Shown piece by piece: positions 36,239-47,561 of a DNA stretch of 64,000 nt (its first letter is position 1; the number at the start of each line of letters is the position of its first letter). Source of the stretch: Gekko japonicus (taxonomy: Eukaryota); assembly GCF_001447785.1 (NCBI RefSeq), contig NW_015168656.1:1-64000 (forward strand), written 5' to 3'. A model generated the notes under the pieces. It saw only the letters and a list, made by a program, of their open reading frames with translations. It ran no database searches and was not told the origin of the DNA. A program made the translations under genes and the position numbers.

Positions 36239-37447
36239 TATTTCTGGTACCTGGCATTACGTGTTATGACACATATGACCTGGCCCTCATAACAGATGAG
36301 CACTTTTGCTCAATCTTGACCAATTGCCCTCCATATTACAGGCTCTATTCCACATGGCTTTTGCCAGTGGAGGTCCCAAAATCCCAAACATAGTCTTTAC
36401 AGCATTTAAAAGGGACCTCTGCCTCTTTTTTAAACCAGTGGGAAAAGTGGCTATATCCAACTTTTGTGTTTCCACTGAGAATTGCTGAGAGACACTACAA
36501 TAAAATCACTTGGTGTACTAGGCACCCCAATAAAATTTCTCAGCTCCTTGGTGATCTAGTGCCTGGAATTAGTGAAGCCCTGATTTAGATTGTGGCACAG
36601 CTTAAAGTATCATGTTTTCTTATGAGATCAAACTTGGACCCTTGTACATTATCACAGTCCTGTCTAGAAATGTGTCGGCCTTGTAAAGAAATGTTCTTTG
36701 CCAAGGATTCCCTCTTAGAACTTTTCCAGCAGAAAAATTGGAATTTTGGGGGAACTCTGAAAACAAACTCTAATGAAATATTTTCTTCTTTACGGTATGT
36801 GAGATACTTTATAAGCCTAGATGTACCCTTTGAAAATGTGAACTGGTCATACTTCCGGTGCGGCGTAGCGACGGGCGGAGTGCGGTTAGCTCCGTCCCAC
36901 CCGAACCTCTTGCGGTCTCTTCCGAGTCTCCCGAGCGTCGGGAGAACTTGGCCAGCCCTCCCGGAGAGAGGGCTGGAGCATGGGGCGTCTTTTTTGGCCC
37001 CTCCCGTCTGTCGGCACGCGGGGGGGTGTCCAGAAACTGCTCCGAAGCGGGGCCGCTTGAATGGGGAAAACATGGCGACCGCCATGTTTGAAGTAGCTGC
37101 AGCCATCCGGACTTGTTTTTAAAATATCTGAGATGTTTATTCAACAAAGCAACACAGAACTAGAAGAAAAGCGTGAGTAAAACTGATGTTTGAAAGGGAA
37201 ACCCCCAAAAAGAAAGTGTCCTAAACGGAAAGTGATAGCGGCCGGGAGATTTAAAGGGACCTGAGTGTTTGCTGCTACCTAGTTGGGGGAAGAAGATTTA
37301 TTTCATCCTTGGTGGTCCGTCGGATTTGGCTTTGGCGGTGAGGACTTATAGGAAGGTTAATGTTTGGTGAACAGCTGTATAACAAGGGGGGAAAAAACAA
37401 AACCCCACTTTCATGAACTTGAGAGAACTGTTTTTAAGAGTTCAGAA

Positions 37448-38020
37448 ATGGAGGACGAGAGAGGGATTGAGGATGAAGCTGATGGAAACACTATGTTATG
37501 TGGACTGAGTACTGAGCAGTTTCTTGAGACATTGAGGGATGCGGTTAAAAAAGGGTGTGAAGAAGCATGTTCTGAAATTTCAAGAAAACTAGATAATTGC
37601 CAGAGAGGAATTGGGAAATCGGAGGAACGCGAGGAACTCAGCTTGAAGGAAAATCCAGGTGATGCGTATAAGGAGAGTGATTTTAAGTTTAAAGAGGAAC
37701 CACCGGAATTCACGCAAGAGAAGGAACTTTTGGGAACGGAAATATCGGTATCTACACAAGAGAAAGAGCCTTCGGTAACTGAAAGAGTTGGGAAAAGGCT
37801 TAAAAAGGAAGTAGCTGGATTGCTAATGTGTAAGAAACGACGGCCGAAGTTTGAAAAAACAAGAGATAGAAGAATTAGGAGAGAGAAACGATGGGCATGG
37901 AAGTTTAAAGAGAGCAACAAAGGAAGGAATGCTGAAGGGTTGAAAGGAAGAGAGGACAGTCTGACAAAGCAAAGAAGGTTCAAAGATCAAAAACGTGGAT
38001 ATGCTGAGGCTGAAAAGTAG
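37448..38020 (+). CDS. 190-aa E/K-rich ORF of the half-L1-like element (ORF1-derived or novel; coding status unproven)
   Basis: Open from ATG 37448 (GAAATGG, good Kozak context) to TAG 38020. Acidic, helical-looking N-terminal half and basic C-terminal half (KKRRPKFEKTRDRRIRREKRW). It occupies the ORF1 position. Confidence 0.45.
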   Translation: MEDERGIEDEADGNTMLCGLSTEQFLETLRDAVKKGCEEACSEISRKLDNCQRGIGKSEEREELSLKENPGDAYKESDFKFKEEPPEFTQEKELLGTEISVSTQEKEPSVTERVGKRLKKEVAGLLMCKKRRPKFEKTRDRRIRREKRWAWKFKESNKGRNAEGLKGREDSLTKQRRFKDQKRGYAEAEK

Positions 38021-38042
38021 AAGGCAGATGTTCAGGAGAAAA

Positions 38043-39110
38043 AATAAACTATATAAAAAGACAGAACAATGAGTCTACATTTAATATCTGATAAGACGGA
38101 ATAACGACCCCAAATTATTTATATTGTTTTCCTTTTCTTTTGTCATTACCCAGTTGGGCCTGGGTAAGCCATACAAGTTGTCATTGTTAAGGTGTCTGGT
38201 TTTTTCCCCCCTGTAATAAGGAATGAACTGATAAAGTTTTAGTATGCATGAATTAGGGGGGGAAAGAAGTGGACTGATAGGGACTGGGTGTGTTTAAGGA
38301 GATATGTACTTATAATTTTTGAAATAATCATGGAAAATATAATGTGAATACCAATCAGCCAAAGACAGAATAGAGTTTAAAAATTTTGGGGGAAAGAAAA
38401 TATGAATGAACTAATGAATTAAGGGGATAAATTTGAAAATAATGAGAGATGTCTTCAAGAAGGAGGGAAATAATTATTGTATACTTATTTATTTATCTAT
38501 ATGGACTATAAAATGCCCTGGAATGTTAGAAAGTATAATTAATTGGGATAATATAGCTTGTTAGGCACATGATGAGGTAATGTAATTGGAGGTAAAAAGA
38601 AAAATAGATAATAAGCTATACAAAAAGACAGATCAATGAGTCTACACCTAATAGCTGACAAGACGGAAAAATGACCTCAAATGCACTTAACTATGCACTT
38701 AACTATTTATATTATTTACTCTCTCCTTTCTGTTATCGTCAATTGTTTAGTAATAAGGAATGAATTGATAAAGCTTTTATATGTATGAAGTATGGGGAAA
38801 AAGAAGTTGAATGATAGGCATTGGGAATGTTTAAGGATATTCTGTCTTTGTATTACAAGGTTAATATTAATTAGCCAAAGATAGTCCAGAGTTTAAAAAT
38901 TTTTGGGGGAAAGAACATAGGATTGAACTAATTGATTAAGGGAATAAATCTGAAAATAATGAGAAGCTGTCTTTAATAAGGGGGGAAGTAGTTATTTTTT
39001 TGTGTAATTATTATTTATTTATATTGATTACAAAACGCCTGCAATGTTAGAAAGTGTGATTATTTGGGGTATCATAGCCTGACTACCAAGGATGGGAATG
39101 GAGGTAAAGA
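38043..39110 (+). repeat. Diverged ~0.55-kb tandem duplication within the half-L1-like element
   Basis: Blocks such as aaaaagacaga.caatgagtctaca, gtaataaggaatgaa.tgataaag, agagtttaaaaattttggggg and aatgttagaaagt occur in the same order at ~38043-38600 and ~38610-39110. Confidence 0.85.
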
Positions 39111-39814
39111 TGTTAATACTGAGTAAGATAAAGAGTAGAGAAAACATATTAATTTGATAAGTATGCTGTAAGCTGTTATTATGAATCTGTAAGGTGGATA
39201 AGGGTGTATATATGTCCTAAAAGAATGTAATCTTGATGGTTTTACTCACCACAATAAGAATACAGTAAGAATAGGATATTTGCTTAGGTATCTATTGTAT
39301 GAATGGTTAGCTGTTCTGTGTTGTGGAAAAGCACAAAATAATTTATGTTTATGTAGTGTTTGTTTGTTGCTTAATGTGAAAAATTAATAAATAGAATTAT
39401 ATATTAAAAAAAGAAAATGTGAACTGGTGTGAAGATTTTATGAGGCAATATGCAGCATTAGGTAATGACTAAAGGGAGATGCAAAAGGATTTGTGGCCAG
39501 GTGTGTGTGTTCATTTTATTTCATTTTCCTCATTTACTTCCCTGAAGGCAGCTTCTTCTCTTTTCCCACTTCCTTTTCTGGCCAGATGTGCAGTACTGGC
39601 TGAGCCAGGCTCAGTTATATGGTGGGGAACCTGCAAGGACTTGTGGAGGGGCACCTCATTTCCCCCTGTATTCCCCTCCCCATACTTATTTCTTTTTTCT
39701 CTCCTGCAAGTGCCCTCCATATTCTTGCCTTTCCCTGCTTTCTTTCTCCTTCCCCACTGACCAAGCAACCTAACTTGTATCTGTCCCCCCATCTTCAACT
39801 ATAATCACTGTTTT

Positions 39815-40005
39815 GTTTATACTTTGCCTTTTTCCACAGTGGGGACCCAAAGCAGCTTACACCACTCTTATTTCCTCCATTTTATCCTTACAACAACCCT
39901 GTGAGTTAAGTTAGGCTGAGAATGTGTACTGGCCCAAGGTCACCTAGTGAGTGCCCATGGGTGATTGGGGATTTTGCATCTCCTAGTCCGAAACTCTAAC
40001 CACAG
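39815..40005 (-). mobile_element. Ther1/Squam3-type SINE (short form)
   Basis: ggggacccaaagcagcttaca...cctccattttatcctta caacaaccctgtgag...ggcccaaggtcacc. Confidence 0.75.
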
Positions 40006-41792
40006 TGACTTTTGTGGGGTGGCTGCTGTTGAACAGTAATGAAAGCAGTTGGGCCTGGGTAAGCCATACAAGTTGTGTGGTATCAAGTAGTCTAGTGTTG
40101 CTGCCAGGCTTGGCCCTGATAAGTCCTTCCTCAAAGGCAAAAACAGCCCTGGAAAGGGCCCTGCCCTTTACTGATGTAAACCAAGGCTGGAACTGGCTGG
40201 CAATAGTATTGTGCTTACCTGGCAACAGCAACAGAGGCCATCTGTTTCTTAAAAGGGAAGCCATCCACCCAATGAATTTTTTAAGCTTTCTGATTTTTCT
40301 GCAAACCTGTGGATATATCAATGAGAATTAGATATATTGGTTGATGATAATCCTGTATTTTTCAAAGGTAGATTCATTGTTTAAATGATACATCTTTAGC
40401 CATGTCATGACTCTCATATATTCCAAAGGTTTTGTTTTGGTTGTAGTAAATCATGTAATTAGATCAGCTGCTTTCCTTTCTGTTATATAATACAGACTTA
40501 CTATCTTAAAAATATTTGGAGATTTTAGGGTGTAGTTCTTATGTTTCATAGATTGAGAATGCCATATGGTGAACAAGATGCATTCTTAGTTGAATTTTGA
40601 GGAGAGGCTGCTTTCCTGCTGACAAATATTAACTGATGCTTGCTTCAATATGTGACTAGCATGTTTTTCATGTTCATCCAGGAGAGGCACAGCCTTCAGC
40701 CAGTTCAGCAACTGTGCTGTCTAGCTGGTTAATTAGGTATGGTTCACATCTCACCAGCTTTGTGTTCTATCTTTGTTTGTACATTGGCTGAGTAGTCTCC
40801 AAGTATTTCCTGTTTCAGAAATGAAGACTCTGGAGGAGGTAGTAAGAATTAGTGCAAATGCATCTGTTTGGAAGGAACTCTCTGAGTATTTCAGCAATTA
40901 ATAAATTCTTGTTGAGAAGCACTTTTCTTTTTATACAGTAGATACAATTTTAATGACAAAGCATTATAAAAGCTGTAGTCAGTCTGAAAGGTAACTCTTG
41001 ACACCCAGTAAAGCCAATGGTTGATTATTTTTTGCTTGATACTGCAAGCAAACAGTTTTATTGATTTGTTATTTTTTCTATCCCCCCATCTTCCTCTGTT
41101 GATGACATTTTAGCCTCATTTACTACGTGGATGTTAATTATTTATTTAAAATATTTATATCCAGATATCTCCATTTAAGTATGCAGAGCAGCTTACAGAA
41201 AGGGAATGATTGTAATTAAATGTAAAAAAACTACGAATGAAATAAGTAAAACAAAAATCATTTAGTAAAAACCAGCTGATTAGGCTATTCAAAGGTAATT
41301 TGCTGAACAGGACTCAGTAAACTTTGTGGCTGAGTAGGAATTTGAACCTAGATTCCTACATCCAAACCCAGCATTTTAGCCAAAGCAGCACACTGGCTCT
41401 CACAAGTGAAAGTCATAACATATGTATTGCAGACCTTTGGACAAGCTGACCCATTCTTTTTGTCGTGATTTCTTATATTTCTCACACATTAACATTTATG
41501 TACTTTTCAGTTTTGGTGTTTTTCATTATTACTTACCATATAACCAGGTCTTTTTTAGAAAGGTTGCAATTTGCTAGCCCTCAAAAACATGATAAATTTT
41601 GTTTGGGGAAACTATATAATCATTCAAGAAACAATGCATGACAAACCCCAGAACTGTTATGCTCTGTTTAGGAGCAGCAGCTACAGAGACGAAGTCCTGA
41701 AGGAATAGAAGGAATTCGTGGTTCCCCAAGCCAAATATCTGCATGACACATGTACTTTTCATTTGTTCTTTAGTGGTGCTACCCTAAGTAGA

Positions 41793-41793
<1 letters not shown>

Positions 41794-41826
<33 letters not shown>

Positions 41827-41997
41827 AATGCCATTAAGTCCTTTACGACTTATGGAGACCCTATGAATTAATGACCTCCAAATTGTCTTATAGTTAATGG
41901 CCTTGCTCAGGTCTTGCAAACTGAGGGCCATGGCTTCCTTTAGTGAGACAGTCCATCTCATGTTGGGTCTTCCTCTCTTCCTGCTGCCTTCAACTTT
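41794..41997 (-). mobile_element. RTE-clade LINE 3' end with a (CA)n tail, read as a (GT)n microsatellite at 41794-41824
   Basis: ccttgctcaggtcttgcaaactgagggc...ggtcttcctctcttcctgctgccttcaacttt encodes KVEGSRKRGRP on the - strand. Confidence 0.75.
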
Positions 41998-43064
41998 GAA
42001 GTCCTTTGAGATTAATTAGCACTATGGATTGCTGTTAAATTTTTAAAGTCTTTAGATGACCATGGGTATCAAAGAAGTATCTCAAATTGGGAATAAAGGT
42101 GTGAAGTGTGGATTATTTGCAGTGACCTTTGCATTTTTCTGTGAATACTTTGAAGGGAAATATGCTTTTCTGATAAATTGAAAAACTAATTTGAATTGTT
42201 GGCTGTGGCTTTGGAATCTTACATGTACTGCATGTAACTTAGCATAAGTGGAGAGAGTTTTAGAAACTACTTAATGATGGACATTGACATTAATGATAAC
42301 AACGGTTATATATACAATGTATCAATACAGTGAGGGAAGCAGCAAACAAGGCTTGCAAACAAAATTGTATAAATCCAGTAGACGCTACTCCCACATTAGT
42401 CTGTTTAGGATTTCTGCCTCAGTATCAAAAATATTACACTCTAAACTAATATACATGGACTATGATCAAAATGCCTTGATAAAACTAAAAAGGTTTGTTT
42501 GCCTGGGTTCTGGTAAAATGTTCATCTTCTAATTGTGAAACAAATCAGTCTGGTAAGGGGTTGGGGATACTGTAGAAAAGTGCAATCTCCTCTAGGTATA
42601 CTTCATTAAGCCTTAGAAAACTCATCATTTAGTATTGTCAGATCATATTTGTCAAAGGCTGAATGATGAATTTTGTATGTTTGTAAATTTGTCATTTGGA
42701 AATTTTCAATGACTTGTTTGCTCATTTAAAAAGTGTTTAGCAATTAGAATTTGGCAGAGAGGGGATACAATATATGATAGTAAGGTTTATTGGAAGACCA
42801 TTGTACACAGAACAGAGGACTAGGTAGAGCATGAAAAGATGCGTAGGCCAGGTTCCAAAAGCTACATGCTTCTGTAGAAATTGCTGATTCCCATGCCACA
42901 TCATGTTCCACACCTAAGATTCCCTTGGTCTTCTCAGGAACTTTTTAAGTGCTGCAGACAGATGCGAAGGTGGCTAGAAAGGCTTCAGTGCATGTGCAGT
43001 ATCTCATGTGTATCAATTTGCACCCCAACTACAGAACCTTTGTGTGTTGCTTTTGGCCCTAAAA

Positions 43065-43417
43065 GGAGCTGTGGTGGCTCAAGTGGTTAAGATGCTGAAC
43101 TGCAGGCTGTGGAAGGTCAGTAGTTCAGCAGTTCGAGACCCAGGGTGCCACATGACGGAGTGAGCTCCCGTCTCTAGTTCCAGCTCCTGCCAGCCTAGCA
43201 GTTCGAAAGCAAGAAATTGCAAGTAGATAAATAGGTACCGCTTCGGTGGGAAGGCAACAGCGTTCCGTGCACCTTGGTGTTTAGTCATTCCGGCCACATG
43301 ACCATGGAAACGTCTTCGGACAGCGCTGGCTCTTTGGCTTTGAAATGGAGATGAGCACCGCAACCCCAGAGTCGGATTCGACTGGTTTTCGAGCAAGTGA
43401 ACCTTTACCTTTACCTT
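43065..43417 (+). mobile_element. Sauria SINE
   Basis: A/B boxes, cctgccagcctagcagttcgaaagc, (ACCTTT)n tail, and 14-bp TSD ttttggccctaaaa (43051-43064 / 43418-43431). Confidence 0.93.
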
Positions 43418-44344
43418 TTTTGGCCCTAAAATTCAGATACTTTGGATTTTTTATGTAAATTGGTGTGTTGTTAGCATTGGTCGTAAAACAATAAAAAGTA
43501 AGTTACTATAAAGATTAATGCTACAACTCTTAAAATTCCATAAAGTCACCAAATACTGAACAATGGATTCTGAATCTACACTTTTTATACCAGATTGCTC
43601 GACTTCCTCACTGAGTATAAATTTACTGTAAAAACTTTGACTCAGGTGACATTACTATACTTCATTCTTGCTCCATAGTTGTACTAATCAAACAAATCCT
43701 TGGGGATAGTTTCAGGTAGTCTTTGGGGATAGCCAGCCTATCACTTAATCTCATCAATAACTGATTTATAAGAGTTCCATTCTTCAAAGAGACATAAACC
43801 AATCTCAAGCAGTGGGCTATAAGAAATTGTCACAAGGGATAGGTAGGTCTACTGCTTACTTTTTTAAAAAAGTCCACAGGATAGCATAAAAGCACTGTGT
43901 ACTATTTTCTACATTTAAATTGGACCCTATCCAGTAATGTTACCCTATTTTGCTAAGCAAATTTTACGTATTTTTTCTTGAGAATCTAAATATTTGACTT
44001 CATGGTAAATTTTCAGCATAGTAATCTTCCAGAAAGATGTTTTTAAAATCTGGTTTTTAATGTAAACATATTATTTTAAAAGGTATCTACACCTCTAAGT
44101 TCATTGAAGACAATGTGGTTAGAAGGGGTAACTCTATTTTAATTTACTTTTTATTGTATATTTTCAAAACCACAATACTGATGAAGAAAACAAAACCGAA
44201 GATTACAACATCAGAAGTATAGCATAAATTAATGATATGAACATGTAACTCTGTTTATGATTGCACTGCTTTAAGAGTAAATGTCAGCTACTGACCAGGG
44301 TTATACGCTCGTAGATTGTGTTCATGCAATCTACACAGGGTTTT

Positions 44345-44760
44345 GCTATTTACTGTTTATTTAGAAAATTTCTGTGCTGCCTTTCCAGAGATCCTACTCA
44401 AGGCTGCTTACAAAGTAAAACAAAACAAAAACAAACAGTAAACACCATAAAATTTGACAATAAACTGTCAACTCACAGCATAAAACACTGGACATTTCTG
44501 CCTCACTGAATTTTGTAAATCAGTTCTCTGACTAGAAGCAGACTGAAAATACTATGCCAAAAGCCTGGCTAAAAGGAAACATTTTGGTCTGGAGCCTGAA
44601 AGAGTAGAGTAAGCCCTAGGCAAGCCTCACAGGGAAGGGTATTCCACTGGCATGGTAACACTGCTGAAAAGAACGTGTCTGATCACTATCTATCTCACCC
44701 CATAAGGTTGGGAAAGCAAGACTGGTCAGAAAAAACTTAGCTGATGGGTTGAACACTCTA
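44345..44760 (-). mobile_element. Old L2 3' fragment
   Basis: AT-rich tail, then ccaaaagcctggctaaaagg...gggaagggtattccactggcatgg...ctgaaaag, collinear with other L2 ends. Confidence 0.5.
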
Positions 44761-45528
44761 AGCCATCGTGCAATGCACTGTAAAATCTATGTTAATAAAA
44801 GCTCAGAATTTGCCCTGTTCCCAAGAACTGTTTTAGCTATTAAGATGGAGAGAAAAAGATGCAAATTTCTGTAGCATCTGTTCCTTAACTACTACTGGGT
44901 AACATAGCAGGAGTTTTTTCTTTCCTCAAATATTTTTCTGTTCAGACACTTTACGTTATACCGCAAAAAAAGAAAAAAAGGGGGGGGGGGAAAGGAGCAG
45001 CCACCAGAGATGTTATTCTGTAATGGTACTGTTCACACCTCCATAATGTGGCTTATACACCCTCTAGCAAAGTGAGTCCACCATAAGATCATAAATAGCC
45101 TGCTATATTAAACCATCTAGACTTCTATCTTGACCCCAGTATCTTCAAGTCAAATGCTTCTGGGAAGTCTACAAAGGAATCATGAGGTTAATTGCTGTCA
45201 TTGTGTCTGTTTTCCTCTGCCTTAAGCAAGAGACACTGCCTCTGAACAGGAGGTTCCATTTAGTTAGTTTCATGTTAGTTTCAATTTATAGGTCTAAAGA
45301 CAATTCATTCTATAATTTTCTTTCAAAACTCTTACACTTTACAGGCTGCAGAGTGGAATGACAGCCCCTGGGAGTAGCAGGAGTGTTCTGGGACCAGGGG
45401 TGTGCATTCAGCTATAACCAAGCAAAAAAATACCTGAAAAACACCTTGTCTCCCATTATTTCCAATGGGCCTTCAAGTCTCTCCCATTGTTTCCAGTGGG
45501 CAATCCTGTCCTTTTTAGTACATCCCTC

Positions 45529-46117
45529 CAGTGGCACCTTTAAGACCAAGGTTTATTTGGGTACAAGCTGTCCCTCCTATGTGAGGGCAGATCTGCACGT
45601 CCCCCCACCCATAGCTAGCAATCCAAAAGAGTTCAGTGGCACCTTCAAGACCAAGGTTTATTCAGGTACAAGCTCTCCCTCCTCTGTGAGGGCAGATCTG
45701 CGCCTCCCCCCCCCTCCATAGCTAGCAATCCATAACAGAGCCAGTTTGGTGTAGTGGTTAAGTGCGCGGACTCTAATCTGGGAGAACCAGGTTTGATTCC
45801 CCACTCGTCCACTTGCACCTGCTGATGTGACCTTGGGTAAGTCACAAGCTCTGGCACAGCTGTTCCTGAAAGAGCAGTTTGTGTCAGAGTTCTCTCAGCC
45901 CCACCCACCTCACAGGGTGTCTGTTGTGGGGAGGGGAAGGGAAAGACGTTTGTAAGCCGCTCTGAGACTCCCAAGTGAAGGGTGGGGTATAAATCCAATC
46001 TCCTCTTCTTCTTCTTTAAGACCAAGGTTTATTCAGGTACAAGCTCTCCGTCCTCTGTGAGGGCAGATCTGTGTGTCCCCCCCCCCCAATAGCTAGCAAT
46101 CCAAAACAGTCCAGTGG
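45529..46117. repeat. Three ~105-bp units related to Penelope terminal sequence, with a SINE between units 2 and 3
   Basis: Unit (cagtggcac)ctt.aagaccaaggtttatt..ggtacaagct.tcc..cct.tgtgagggcagatctg...atagctagcaatcca.aa.ag at 45529, 45634 and 46014. Confidence 0.9.
45737..46016 (+). mobile_element. Squam3-like SINE (long form), full length
   Basis: AGAGCCAGTTTGGTGTAGTGGTTAAG...GGTTTGATTCCCC...(CTT)n. Confidence 0.9.
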
Positions 46118-46435
46118 AGCCTGAGCGGTGGGTGTTGCCTTCTGACACACATCCGGTGATGTCAGGGGGTGTGGCATATGCAAATAAGTTATGCTAATGA
46201 GCTCCTGCACCTCTTTTTCTATGAAATGACCCCTGCAGCCACGACCTTCAAGAAGCCACATGGCTCTGGAAAAGAAAATTGAGGAATTTATGTTGTTACT
46301 TGCAGGCACCGTACCGGAACACTCTAGAGGGCACTAGTACCATAAATCTAAGTTACACTTTCCTGCCTTCTCCTCTCTGCTTTCTCTTTCCCCTTCAGGC
46401 CTGAAAAATACAAGGATGGCCTCTCTGCCCAAGCT

Positions 46436-47561
46436 AGAACATAAGAGAAGCCAATGTTGGATGAGGCCAATGGCCCATCCAGTTCTACACTCTGTCACAA
46501 AGTGGCCAAAAATACCAGGTGCCATCAGGAGGTCCAGCAGTTGGGCCAGGACACTAGAAGCCTTCCCACTGTTGCCCCCCCCCCCCCAAGCACCAAGAAT
46601 ATAGTGCATCACTTGCCCCAAACCTTGTGGCTGATAACCATTGATGGACCTCTGCTCCATATGTTTGATCTAATTCTCTCTTGAAGCTGTCCATGCTTGT
46701 AGCCGCCGCCACCTCCTGCGGCAGTGAATTCCATGTGTTAATCACTCTTTGAGTGAAGTACTTCCTTTTATCTGTTCTAACCTCTGCTCAGCAATTTCAT
46801 GGAGTGCCCACGAGTTCTTGTATTGAGAGAAAGGGAGAAAAGTACTTCTTTCTTTACCTGCACTATCCCATGCATAATCTTATAAACCTCGATCATGTCA
46901 CTGCTCAGTTGTTGTTTCTCTATGCTAAAGAGCCCCAAGTGTTTTAACCTTTCTTCATAGGGAAAGTGTTCCAACCCTTTTATCATTCTAGTTGCCCTTT
47001 TCTGCACTTTTCCCAATGCTATAATATCCTTTTTGAGGTGTGGTGATCGGAACTATACACAGTACTCCAAATGAGGTCGCACCATTGATTTATACAGGGG
47101 CATTATGATACTGGCTGATTTGTTTTCACTTCCCTTCCTAATAATCCCGAGCATAGCTTTGCCCTTTTTTATAGCAGTTGTACACTGTCTCGACATTTTC
47201 ATTGAGGTCTTTACTACGACTCCAAGATCTCTCTCTTGGTCAGTCTTTGCCAGTTCGGACTCCATCAACGTGTATTTATAGTTTGGATTTTTGGCTCCAA
47301 TGTGCATCACTTGGCCACTTTGAACCCCATTTGCTACGCTGACACCCACTCGCCCATCCTCGACAGATCCCTTTGGAGTGCCTCACAATCCTCCCAGGTT
47401 CTCACCACCCTGAACAACTTCATGTCATTTGCAGATTTAGCCACATCACTGCTTATTCCCAACTCCAAATCATTAATAAACACGTTAAAAAGCATTGGAC
47501 CAAGTACTGATCCATATGGTACCCCACTGCTTACCACCCTCCACTGAGAAAATTTCCCATT
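46436..47561 (-). mobile_element. CR1 LINE (RT fragment to 3' end)
   Basis: [59 protein letters not shown], and a ttcttatgttct-type terminus. Confidence 0.93.

Larger units (their letters stand above)
34385..36300 (+). mobile_element. hAT (Charlie/Buster, GTF2IRD2/SPIN-related) transposase C-terminal remnant and 3' subterminal region, split by a Helitron
   Basis: YPEFKAFASKILSVFGTMYVCEQLLFVINVSK*KVRSQLTDTYLNSILKI matches the hAT dimerisation domain (FG.TY.CEQ.FS....K...RS.LTD.HL). The 3' part resumes at 36239. Confidence 0.85.
36848..39412 (+). mobile_element. Full-length non-autonomous L1-dependent retroelement (HAL1/half-L1-like)
   Basis: 16-bp TSD GAAAATGTGAACTGGT (36832-36847 / 39413-39428) at an L1-endonuclease-like ttt|gaaaa site. 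CpG-rich 5' UTR, a single ORF, no RT/EN, AATAAA and A tail. Confidence 0.8.

Noticed and set aside
37411-37983. 190-aa antisense ORF opposite the half-L1 ORF
   Set aside because: S/L/F-rich mirror of a purine-rich sense strand, with no independent support.
45737-45810. tRNA genes at the A/B-box sequences (also 540-610, 10190-10263, 43065-43145)
   Set aside because: They continue into SINE bodies and tails, so they are SINE heads and not tRNA loci.
45529-46117. CRISPR-like array
   Set aside because: Eukaryotic context, ~105-bp contiguous units without unique spacers, and no cas genes.
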